From Eledone cirrhosa (taxonomy: Eukaryota), in NCBI GenBank assembly GCA_964016885.1, contig OZ024742.1:24180001-24244000 (forward strand): a stretch of 64,000 nt of DNA, written 5' to 3'. The notes beneath the pieces were generated by a model. The model had not been told where the DNA came from. It made no database searches and worked only from the letters and a program-made list of their open reading frames with translations. The translations under genes were made by a program, and so were the position numbers. Positions 15,601 through 28,524 of this stretch are shown one piece after another (the first letter of the stretch is position 1; each line of letters opens with the position of its first letter).

Positions 15601-16900
15601 ACTTTACAGAGTCTAATGGGAGTATTTTATCATGACACTAGCACTACCACTTTACAGAGTCTATTGGGAGTATTTTATCATGACACTAGCACTACCACTT
15701 TATAGAGTCTAATGGGAGTATTTTATCATGACACTAGCACTACCACTTTACAGAGTCTAATGGGAGTATTTTATCATGACACTAACACTACCACTTTATA
15801 GAGTCTAATGGGAGTATTTTAGCATGACACTAGCACTACCACTTTATAGAGTCTAATTGGAGTATTTTATCATGACACTAGCACTACCACTTTAGAGAGT
15901 CTAATGGGAGTATTTTATCATGACACTAGCACTACCACTTTACAGAGTCTAATGGGAGTATTTTATCATGACACTATCACTACCACTTTACAGAGTCTAA
16001 TGGGAGTATTTTATCATGACACTAGCACTACCACTTTACAGAGTCTAATGGGAGTATTTTATCATGACACTAGCACTACCACTTTACAGAGTCTAATGGG
16101 AGTATTTTATCATGACACTACCACTACCACTTTACAGAGTCTATTGGGAGTATTTTATCATGACACTAGCACTACCACTTTACAGAGTCTAATGGGAGTA
16201 TTTTATCATGACACTAACACTACCACTTTATAGAGTCTAATGGGAGTATTTTATCATGACACTAGCACTACCACTTTATAGAGTCTGATGGGAGTATTTC
16301 ATAATTACACTAGCACTACCACTTTACAGAGTCTAATGGGAGTATTTTATCATGACACTAAAACTACCACTTTATAGAGTCTAACGGGAGTATTTTATCA
16401 TGACACTAGCACTACCACTTTACAGAGTCTAATGGGAGTAGTTTATCATGACACTATCACTACCACTTTACAGAGTCTAATGGGAGTATTTTATCATGAC
16501 ACTAGCACTACCACTTTATAGAGTCTAATGAGAGTATTTTATCATGACTCTAGCACTACCACTTTATAGAGTCTAATGGGAGTATTTTATCATGACACTA
16601 GCACTACCACTTTACAGAGTCTAATGGGAGTATTTTATCATGACACTAGCACTACCACTTTACAGAGTCTAATGGGAGTATTTTATCATGACACTATCAC
16701 TACCACTTTACAGATTCTAATGGGAGTATTTTATCATGACCCTAACACTACCACTTTACAGAGTCTAACGAGAGTATTTTATCATGACACTAGCACTACC
16801 ACTTTACAGAGTCTAATGGGAGTATTTTATCATGACACTAACACTACCACTTTATAGAGTCTAATGGTAGTATTTTATCATTACACTAGCACTACCACTT
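9616..16900. repeat. Three related higher-order copies, offsets about 2928 bp (61 monomers) and 2496-2544 bp (52-53 monomers)
   Basis: ORFs at 9760/12688/15232, 9952/12880/15424 and 10480/13408/15904. The divergent monomer CTGATGGGAGTATTTCATAATTAC occurs at 10861, 13789 and 16285. AGCTCT, TTTTAGCAT and TTAGAGAG variants appear in the same order. Confidence 0.88.
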
Positions 16901-19900
16901 TATAGAGTCTAATGGGAGTATTTTATCATGACACTAGCACTACCACTTTACAGAGTCTAATGGGAGTATTTTATCATGACACTAACACTACCACTTTATA
17001 GAGTCTAATGAGAGTATTTTATCATGACACTAGCACTACCACTTTACAGAGTCTAATGGGAGTATTTTATCATGACACTATCACTACCACTTTACAGAGT
17101 CTAATGGGAGTATTTTATCATGACACTAGCACTACCACTTTATAGAGTCTAATGAGAGTATTTTATCATGACACTAGCACTACCACTTTATAGAGTCTAA
17201 TGGGAGTATTTTATCATGACACTAGCACTACCACTTTACAGTGTCTAATGGGAGTATTTTATCATGACACTAGCACTACCACTTTACAGAGTCTAATGGG
17301 AGTATTTTATCATGACACTATCACTACCACTTTACAGAGTCTAACGGGAGTATTTTATCATGACCCTAACACTACCACTTTACAGAGTCTAACGGGAGTA
17401 TTTTATCATGACACTAGCACTACCACTTTATAGAGTCTAATGGGAGTATTCTATCATGACAGTAGCACTACCACTTTACAGAGTCTAATGGGAGTATTTT
17501 ATCATGACACTAGCACTACCACTTTATAGAGTCTAATGGGAGTATTTTATCATGACACTAGCACTACCACTTTACAGAGTCTAATGTGAGTATTTTATCA
17601 TGACACTAGCACTACCACTTTACAGAATCTAATGGGAGTATTTTATCATGACACTAACACTACCACTTTACAGAGTCTAATGGGAGTATTTTATCATGAC
17701 ACTAGCACTACTACTTTACAGAGTCTAATGGGAGTATTTTATCATGACACTATCACTACCACTTTACAGAGTCTATTGCGAGTATTTTATCATGACACTA
17801 GCACTACCACTTTATAGAGTCTAATGGGAGTATTTTATCATGACACTAGCACTACCACTTTACAGAGTCTAATGGGAGTATTTTATCATGACACTAACAC
17901 TACCACTTTATAGAGTCTAATGGGAGTATTTTATCATGACACTAGCACTACCACTTTATAGAGTCTAATTGGAGTATTTTATCATGACACTAGCACTACC
18001 ACTTTACAGAGTCTAATGGGAGTATTTTATCATGAAACTAACACTACCGCTTTATAGAGTCTAATGGGAGTATTTTATCATGACACTAGCACTACCACTT
18101 TACAGAGTCTAATGGGAGTATTTTATCATGACACTATCACTACCACTTTACAGAGTCTAATGGGAGTATTTTATCATGACACTAGCACTACCACTTTATA
18201 GAGTCTAATGAGAGTATTTTATCATGACACTAGCACTACCACTTTACAGAGTCTAATGGGAGTATTTTATCATGACCCTAACACTACCACTTTACAGAGT
18301 CTAATGGGAGTATTTTATCATGACACTAGCACTACCACTTTATAGAGTCTAATGGGAGTATTTTATCATGACACTAGCACTACCACTTTACAGAGTCTAA
18401 TGGGGGTATTTTATCATGACACTAGCACTACCACTTTATAGAGTCTAATGGGAGTATTTTATCATGACACTAGCACTACCACTTTACAGAGTCTAATGGG
18501 AGTATTTTATCATTACACTAGCACTACCACTTTATAGAGTCTAATGGGAGTATTTTATCATGACACTAGCACTACCACTTTACAGAGTCTAATGGGAGTA
18601 TTTTATCATTACACTAGCACTACCACTTTCCAGAATCTAATGGGAGTATTTTATCATGACACTAACACTACCACTTTACAGAGTCTAATGGGAGTATGTT
18701 ATCATGACACTAGCACTACCACTTTCCAGAGTCTAATGGGAGTATTTTATCATGACACTAGCACTACCACTTTACAGAGTCTAAATGGGAGTATTTTATC
18801 ATGACACTAGCATTACCACTTTACAGAGTCTATTGGGAGTATTTTATCATGACACTAGCACTACCACTTTATAGAGTCTAATGGGAGTATTTTATCATGA
18901 CACTAGCACTACCACTTTACAGAGTCTAATGGGAGTATTTTATCATGACACTAGCACTACCAATTTACAGAGTCTAATGGGAGTATTTTATCATGACACT
19001 AGCACTACCACTTTACAGAGTCTAATGGGAGTATTTTATCATGACACTAGCACTACCACTTTACAGAGTCTAATGGGTGTATTTTATCATGACACTAGCA
19101 CTACCACTTTATAGAGTCTAATGGGAGTATTTTATCATGACACTAGCACTACCACTTTACAGAGTCTAATGGGAGTATTTTATCATGACACTAGCACTAC
19201 CAATTTACAGAGTCTAATGGGAGTATTTTATCATGACACTAGCACTACCACTTTACAGAGTCTAATGGGAGTATTTTATCATGACACTAGCACTACCACT
19301 TTACAGAATCTAATGGGTGTATTTTATCATGACACTAGCACTACCACTTTATAGAGTCTAATGGGAGTATTTTATCATGACACTAACACTACCACTTTAT
19401 AGAGTCTAATCTGAGTGTTTTATCATGACCCTAACACTACCACATTACAGAGTCTAATGGGAGTATTCTATCATGACAGTAGCACTACCACTTTACAGAG
19501 TCTAATGGGAGTATTTTATCATGACACTAGCACTACCACTTTATAGAGTCTAATGGGAGTATTTTATCATGACACTAGCACTACCACTTTACAGAGTCTA
19601 ATGTGAGTATTTTATCATGACACTAGCACTACCACTTTACAGAATCTAATGGGAGTATTTTATCATGACACTAACACTACCACTTTACAGAGTCTAATGG
19701 GAGTATTTTATCATGACACTAGCACTACCACTTTACAGAGTCTAATGGGAGTATTTTATCATGACACTATCACTACCACTTTACAGAGTCTATTGGGAGT
19801 ATTTTATCATGACACTAGCACTACCACTTTATAGAGTCTAATGGGAGTATTTTATCATGACACTAGCACTACCACTTTACAGAGTCTAATGGGAGTATTT

Positions 19901-22890
19901 TATCATGACACTAACACTACCACTTTATAGAGTCTAATGGGAGTATTTTATCATGACACTAGCACTACCACTTTATAGAGTCTAATTGGAGTATTTTATC
20001 ATGACACTAGCACTACCACTTTACAGAGTCTAATGGGAGTATTTTATCATGAAACTAACACTACCGCTTTATAGAGTCTAATGGGAGTATTTTATCATGA
20101 CACTAGCACTACCACTTTACAGAGTCTAATGGGAGTATTTTATCATGACAGTATCACTACCACTTTACAGAGTCTAATGGGAGTATTTTATCATGACACT
20201 AGCACTACCACTTTATAGAGTCTAATGAGAGTATTTTATCATGACACTAGCACTACCACTTTACAGAGTCTAATGGGAGTATTTTATCATGACCCTAACA
20301 CTACCACTTTACAGAGTCTAATGGGAGTATTTTATCATGACACTAGCACTACCACTTTATAGAGTCTAATGGGAGTATTTTATCATGACACTAGCACTAC
20401 CACTTTACAGAGTCTAATGGGGGTATTTTATCATGACACTAGCACTACCACTTTATAGAGTCTAATGGGAGTATTTTATCATGACACTAGCACTACCACT
20501 TTACAGAGTCTAATGGGAGTATTTTATCATTACACTAGCACTACCACTTTCCAGAATCTAATGGGAGTATTTTATCATGACACTAACACTACCACTTTAC
20601 AGAGTCTAATGGGAGTATTTTATCATGACACTAGCACTACCACTTTATAGAGTCTAATGGGAGTATTTTATCATGACACTAGCACTACCACTTTACAGAG
20701 TCTAATGGGAGTATTTTATCATGACACTAGCACTACCACTTTATAGTGTCTAATGGGAGTATTTTATCATGACACTAGCACTACCACTTTACAGAGTCTA
20801 ATGGGAGTATTTTATCATTACACTAGCACTACCACTTTCCAGAATCTAATGGGAGTATTTTATCATGACACTAACACTACCACTTTACAGAGTCTAATGG
20901 GAGTATTTTATCATGACACTAGCACTACCACTTTCCAGAATCTAATGGGAGTATTTTATCATGACACTAACACTACCACTTTACAGAGTCTAATGGGAGT
21001 ATTTTATCATGACACTAGCACTACCACTTTACAGAGTCTAAATGGGAGTATTTTATCATGACACTAGCATTACCACTTTACAGAGTCTATTGGGAGTATT
21101 TTATCATGACACTAGCACTACCACTTTATAGAGTCTAATGGGAGTATTTTATCATGACACTAGCACTACCACTTTACAGAGTCTAATGGGAGTATTTTAT
21201 CATGACACTAGCACTACCAATTTACAGAGTCTAATGGGAGTATTTTATCATGACACTAGCACTACCACTTTACAGAGTCTAATGGGAGTATTTTATCATG
21301 ACACAAGCACTACCACTTTACAGAGTCTAATGGGTGTATTTTATCATGACACTAGCACTACCACTTTATAGAGTCTAATGGGGGTATTTTATCATGACAC
21401 TAACACTACCACTTTATAGAGTCTAATCTGAGTATTTTATCATGACCCTAACACTACCACATTACAGAGTCTAATGGGAGTATTTTATCATGACACTAGC
21501 ACTACCACTTTCCAGAGTCTAATGGGAGTATTTTATCATGACACTAGCACTACCACTTTCCAGAGTCTAATGGGAGTATTTTATCATGACACTAGCACTA
21601 CCACTTTACAGAGTCTAATGGGAGTATTTTATCATGACACTAGCACTACCACTTTCCAGAGTCTAATGGGAGTATTTTATCATGACACTAGCACTACCAC
21701 TTTCCAGAGTCTAATGGGAGTATTTTATCATGACACTATCACTACCACTTTACAGAGTCTAACGGGAGTATTTTATCATGACCCTAACACTACCACTTTA
21801 CAGAGTCTAACGGGAGTATTTTATCATGACACTAGCACTACCACTTTATAGAGTCTAATGGGAGTATTCTATCATGACAGTAGCACTACCACTTTACAGG
21901 GTCTAATGGGAGTATTTTATCATGACACTAGCACTACCACTTTATAGAGTCTAATGGGAGTATTTTATCATGACACTAGCACTACCACTTTACAGAGTCT
22001 AATGTGAGTATTTTATCATGACACTAGCACTACCACTTTACAGAATCTAATGGGAGTATTTTATCATGACACTAACACTACCACTTTACAGAGTCTAATG
22101 GGAGTATTTTATCATGACACTAGCACTACCACTTTACAGAGTCTAATGGGAGTATTTTATCATGACACTATCACTACCACTTTACAGAGTCTATTGGGAG
22201 TATTTTATCATGACACTAGCACTACCACTTTATAGAGTCTAATGGGAGTATTTTATCATGACACTAGCACTACCACTTTACAGAGTCTAATGGGAGTATT
22301 TTATCATGACACTAACACTACCACTTTATAGAGTCTAATGGGAGTATTTTATCATGACACTAGCACTACCACTTTATAGAGTCTAATTGGAGTATTTTAT
22401 CATGACACTAGCACTACCACTTTACAGAGTCTAATGGGAGTATTTTATCATGAAACTAACACTACCGCTTTATAGAGTCTAATGGGAGTATTTTATCATG
22501 ACACTAGCACTACCACTTTACAGAGTCTAATGGGAGTATTTTATCATGACACTATCACTACCACTTTACAGAGTCTAATGGGAGTATTTTATCATGACAC
22601 TAGCACTACCACTTTATAGAGTCTAATGAGAGTATTTTATCATGACACTAGCACTACCACTTTACAGAGTCTAATGGGAGTATTTTATCATGACCCTAAC
22701 ACTACCACTTTACAGAGTCTAATGGGAGTATTTTATCATGACACTAGCACTACCACTTTATAGAGTCTAATGGGAGTATTTTATCATGACACTAGCACTA
22801 CCACTTTACAGAGTCTAATGGGAGTATTTTATCATGACACTAGCACTACCACTTTATAGAGTCTAATGGGAGTATTTTATCATGACACTA

Positions 22891-22900
22891 GCACAGAGTC
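22891..22900. other. 11-bp deletion in one monomer (37-bp monomer)
   Basis: Reads GCACAGAGTC instead of GCACTACCACTTTACAGAGTC. The ATG phase goes from 18 to 7 mod 48. Confidence 0.95.
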
Positions 22901-23959
22901 TAATGGGAGTATTTTATCATGACACTAGCACTACCACTTTATAGAGTCTAATGGGAGTATTTTATCATGACACTAGCACTACCACTTTACAGAGTCTAAT
23001 GGGAGTATTTTATCATTACACTAGCACTACCACTTTCCAGAATCTAATGGGAGTATTTTATCATGACACTAACACTACCACTTTACAGAGTCTAATGGGA
23101 GTATTTTATCATGACACTAGCACTACCACTTTCCAGAGTCTAATGGGAGTATTTTATCATGGCACTATCACTACCACTTTACAGAGTCTAAATGGGAGTA
23201 TTTTATCATGACACTAGCATTACCACTTTACAGAGTCTATTGGGAGTATTTTATCATGACACTAGCACTACCACTTTATAGAGTCTAATGGGAGTATTTT
23301 ATCATGACACTAGCACTACCACTTTACAGAGTCTAATGGGAGTATTTTATCATGACACTAGCACTACCAATTTACAGAGTCTAATGGGAGTATTTTATCA
23401 TGACACTAGCACTACCACTTTACAGAGTCTAATGGGAGTATTTTATCATGACACTAGCACTACCACTTTCCAGAGTCTAATGGGAGTATTTTATCATGAC
23501 ACTATCACTACCACTTTACAGAGTCTAATGGGAGTATTTTATCATTACACTAGCACTACCACTTTCCAGAATCTAATGGGAGTATTTTATCATGACACTA
23601 ACACTACCACTTTACAGAGTCTAATGGGAGTATTTTATGATGACACTAGCACTACCACTTTCCAGAGTCTAATGGGAGTATTTTATCATGACACTAACAC
23701 TACCACTTTACAGAGTCTAATGGGAGTATTTTATCATGACACTAGCACTACCACTTTCCAGAGTCTAATGGGAGTATTTTATCATGACACTATCACTACC
23801 ACTTTACAGAGTCTAACGGGAGTATTTTATCATGACCCTAACACTACCACTTTACAGAGTCTAACGGGAGTATTTTATCATGACACTAGCACTACCACTT
23901 TATAGAGTCTAATGGGAGTATTCTATCATGACAGTAGCACTACCACTTTACAGGGTCTA

Positions 23960-26900
23960 ATGGGAGTATTTTATCATGACACTAGCACTACCACTTTATA
24001 GAGTCTAATGGGAGTATTTTATCATGACACTAGCACTACCACTTTACAGAGTCTAATGTGAGTATTTTATCATGACACTAGCACTACCACTTTACAGAAT
24101 CTAATGGGAGTATTTTATCATGACACTAACACTACCACTTTACAGAGTCTAATGGGAGTATTTTATCATGACACTAGCACTACCACTTTACAGAGTCTAA
24201 TGGGAGTATTTTATCATGACACTATCACTACCACTTTACAGAGTCTATTGGGAGTATTTTATCATGACACTAGCACTACCACTTTATAGAGTCTAATGGG
24301 AGTATTTTATCATGACACTAGCACTACCACTTTACAGAGTCTAATGGGAGTATTTTATCATGACACTAACACTACCACTTTATAGAGTCTAATAGGAGTA
24401 TTTTATCATGACACTAGCACTACCACTTTATAGAGTCTAATTGGAGTATTTTATCATGACACTAGCACTACCACTTTACAGTGTCTAATGGGAGTATTTT
24501 ATCATGAAACTAACACTACCGCTTTATAGAGTCTAATGGGAGTATTTTATCATGACACTAGCACTACCACTTTACAGAGTCTAATGGGAGTATTTTATCA
24601 TGACACTATCACTACCACTTTACAGAGTCTAATGGGAGTATTTTATCATGACACTAGCACTACCACTTTATAGAGTCTAATGAGAGTATTTTATTATGAC
24701 ACTAGCACTACCACTTTACAGAGTCTAATGGGAGTCTTTTATCATGACCCTAACACTACCACTTTACAGAGTCTAATGGGAGTATTTTATCATGACACTA
24801 GCACTACCACTTTATAGAGTCTAATGGGAGTATTTTATCATGACACTAGCACTACCACTTTACAGAGTCTAATGGGAGTATTTTATCATGACACTAGCAC
24901 TACCACTTTATAGAGTCTAATGGGAGTATTTTATCATGACACTAGCACTACCACTTTACAGAGTCTAATGGGAGTATTTTATCATGACACTAGCACTACC
25001 ACTTTATAGAGTCTAATGGGAGTATTTTATCATGACACTAGCACTACCACTTTACAGAGTCTAATGGGAGTATTTTATCATTACACTAGCACTACCACTT
25101 TCCAGAATCTAATGGGAGTATTTTATCATGACACTAACACTACCACTTTACAGAGTCTAATGGGAGTATTTTATCATGACACTAGCACTACCACTTTCCA
25201 GAGTCTAATGGGAGTATTTTATCATGACACTATCACTACCACTTTACAGAGTCTAAATGGGAGTATTTTATCATGACACTAGCATTACCACTTTACAGAG
25301 TCTATTGGGAGTATTTTATCATGACACTAGCACTACCACTTTATAGAGTCTAATGGGAGTATTTTATCATGACACTAGCACTACCACTTTACAGAGTCTA
25401 ATGGGAGTATTTTATCATGACACTAGCACTACCAATTTACAGAGTCTAATGGGAGTATTTTATCATGACACTAGCACTACCACTTTACAGAGTCTAATGG
25501 GAGTATTTTATCATGACACTAGCACTACCACTTTCCAGAGTCTAATGGGAGTATTTTATCATGACACTATCACTACCACTTTACAGAGTCTAATGGGAGT
25601 ATTTTATCATTACACTAGCACTACCACTTTCCAGAATCTAATGGGAGTATTTTATCATGACACAAACACTACCACTTTATAGAGTCTAATGGGAGTATTT
25701 TATCATGACACTAGCACTACCACTTTACAGAGTCTAATGTGAGTATTTTATCATGACACTAGCACTACCACTTTACAGAATCTAATGGGAGTATTTTATC
25801 ATGACACTAACACTACCACTTTACAGAGTCTAATGGGAGTATTTTATCATGACACTAGCACTACCACTTTCCAGAGTCTAATGGGAGTATTTTATCATGA
25901 CACTAGCACTACCACTTTCCAGAGTCTAATGGGAGTATTTTATCATGACACTAGCACTACCACTTTACAGAGTCTATTGGGAGTATTTTATCATGACACT
26001 AGCACTACCACTTTATAGAGTCTAATGGGAGTATTTTATCATGACACTAGCACTACCACTTTACAGAGTCTAATGGGAGTATTTTATCATGACACTAACA
26101 CTACCACTTTACAGAGTCTAATGGGAGTATTTTATCATGACACTAGCACTACCACTTTCCAGAGTCTAATGGGAGTATTTTATCATGACACTAGCACTAC
26201 CACTTTCCAGAGTCTAATGGGAGTATTTTATCATGACACTAGCACTACCACTTTATAGAGTCTAATGGGAGTATTTTATCATGACACTAGCACTACCACT
26301 TTACAGAGTCTAATGTGAGTATTTTATCATGACACTAGCACTACCACTTTACAGAATCTAATGGGAGTATTTTATCATGACACTAACACTACCACTTTAC
26401 AGAGTCTAATGGGAGTATTTTATCATGACACTAGCACTACCACTTTACAGAGTCTAATGGGAGTATTTTATCATGACACTATCACTACCACTTTACAGAG
26501 TCTATTGGGAGTATTTTATCATGACACTAGCACTACCACTTTATAGAGTCTAATGGGAGTATTTTATCATGACACTAGCACTACCACTTTACAGAGTCTA
26601 ATGGGAGTATTTTATCATGACACTAACACTACCACTTTATAGAGTCTAATGGGAGTATTTTATCATGACACTAGCACTACCACTTTATAGAGTCTAATTG
26701 GAGTATTTTATCATGACACTAGCACTACCACTTTACAGTGTCTAATGGGAGTATTTTATCATGAAACTAACACTACCGCTTTATAGAGTCTAATGGGAGT
26801 ATTTTATCATGACACTAGCACTACCACTTTACAGAGTCTAATGGGAGTATTTTATCATGACACTATCACTACCACTTTACAGAGTCTAATGGGAGTATTT

Positions 26901-28524
26901 TATCATGACACTAGCACTACCACTTTATAGAGTCTAATGAGAGTATTTTATTATGACACTAGCACTACCACTTTACAGAGTCTAATGGGAGTCTTTTATC
27001 ATGACCCTAACACTACCACTTTACAGAGTCTAATGGGAGTATTTTATCATGACACTAGCACTACCACTTTATAGAGTCTAATGGGAGTATTTTATCATGA
27101 CACTAGCACTACCACTTTACAGAGTCTAATGGGAGTATTTTATCATGACACTAGCACTACCACTTTATAGAGTCTAATGGGAGTATTTTATCATGACACT
27201 AGCACTACCACTTTACAGAGTCTAATGGGAGTATTTTATCATGACACTAGCACTACCACTTTATAGAGTCTAATGGGAGTATTTTATCATGACACTAGCA
27301 CTACCACTTTACAGAGTCTAATGGGAGTATTTTATCATTACACTAGCACTACCACTTTCCAGAATCTAATGGGAGTATTTTATCATGACACTAACACTAC
27401 CACTTTACAGAGTCTAATGGGAGTATTTTATCATGACACTAGCACTACCACTTTCCAGAGTCTAATGGGAGTATTTTATCATGACACTATCACTACCACT
27501 TTACAGAGTCTAAATGGGAGTATTTTATCATGACACTAGCATTACCACTTTACAGAGTCTATTGGGAGTATTTTATCATGACACTAGCACTACCACTTTA
27601 TAGAGTCTAATGGGAGTATTTTATCATGACACTAGCACTACCACTTTACAGAGTCTAATGGGAGTATTTTATCATGACACTAGCACTACCAATTTACAGA
27701 GTCTAATGGGAGTATTTTATCATGACACTAGCACTACCACTTTACAGAGTCTAATGGGAGTATTTTATCATGACACTAGCACTACCACTTTCCAGAGTCT
27801 AATGGGAGTATTTTATCATGACACTATCACTACCACTTTACAGAGTCTAATGGGAGTATTTTATCATTACACTAGCACTACCACTTTCCAGAATCTAATG
27901 GGAGTATTTTATCATGACACTAACACTACCACTTTATAGAGTCTAATGGGAGTATTTTATCATGACACTAGCACTACCACTTTACAGAGTCTAATGTGAG
28001 TATTTTATCATGACACTAGCACTACCACTTTACAGAATCTAATGGGAGTATTTTATCATGACACTAACACTACCACTTTACAGAGTCTAATGGGAGTATT
28101 TTATCATGACACTAGCACTACCACTTTCCAGAGTCTAATGGGAGTATTTTATCATGACACTAGCACTACCACTTTCCAGAGTCTAATGGGAGTATTTTAT
28201 CATGACACTAGCACTACCACTTTACAGAGTCTATTGGGAGTATTTTATCATGACACTAGCACTACCACTTTATAGAGTCTAATGGGAGTATTTTATCATG
28301 ACACTAGCACTACCACTTTACAGAGTCTAATGGGAGTATTTTATCATGACACTAACACTACCACTTTACAGAGTCTAATGGGAGTATTTTATCATGACAC
28401 TAGCACTACCACTTTCCAGAGTCTAATGGGAGTATTTTATCATGACACTAGCACTACCACTTTCCAGAGTCTAATGGGAGTATTTTATCATGACACTAGC
28501 ACTACCACTTTATAGAGTCTAATG
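23960..28524. repeat. Tandem duplication of a 2257-bp unit (47 monomers + 1 bp)
   Basis: ORF pairs 24104/26361, 25016/27273, 25353/27610, 25785/28042 and 26025/28282. Shared variants CAGTGT, TATTATGAC and GGAGTCTTT. Confidence 0.92.
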
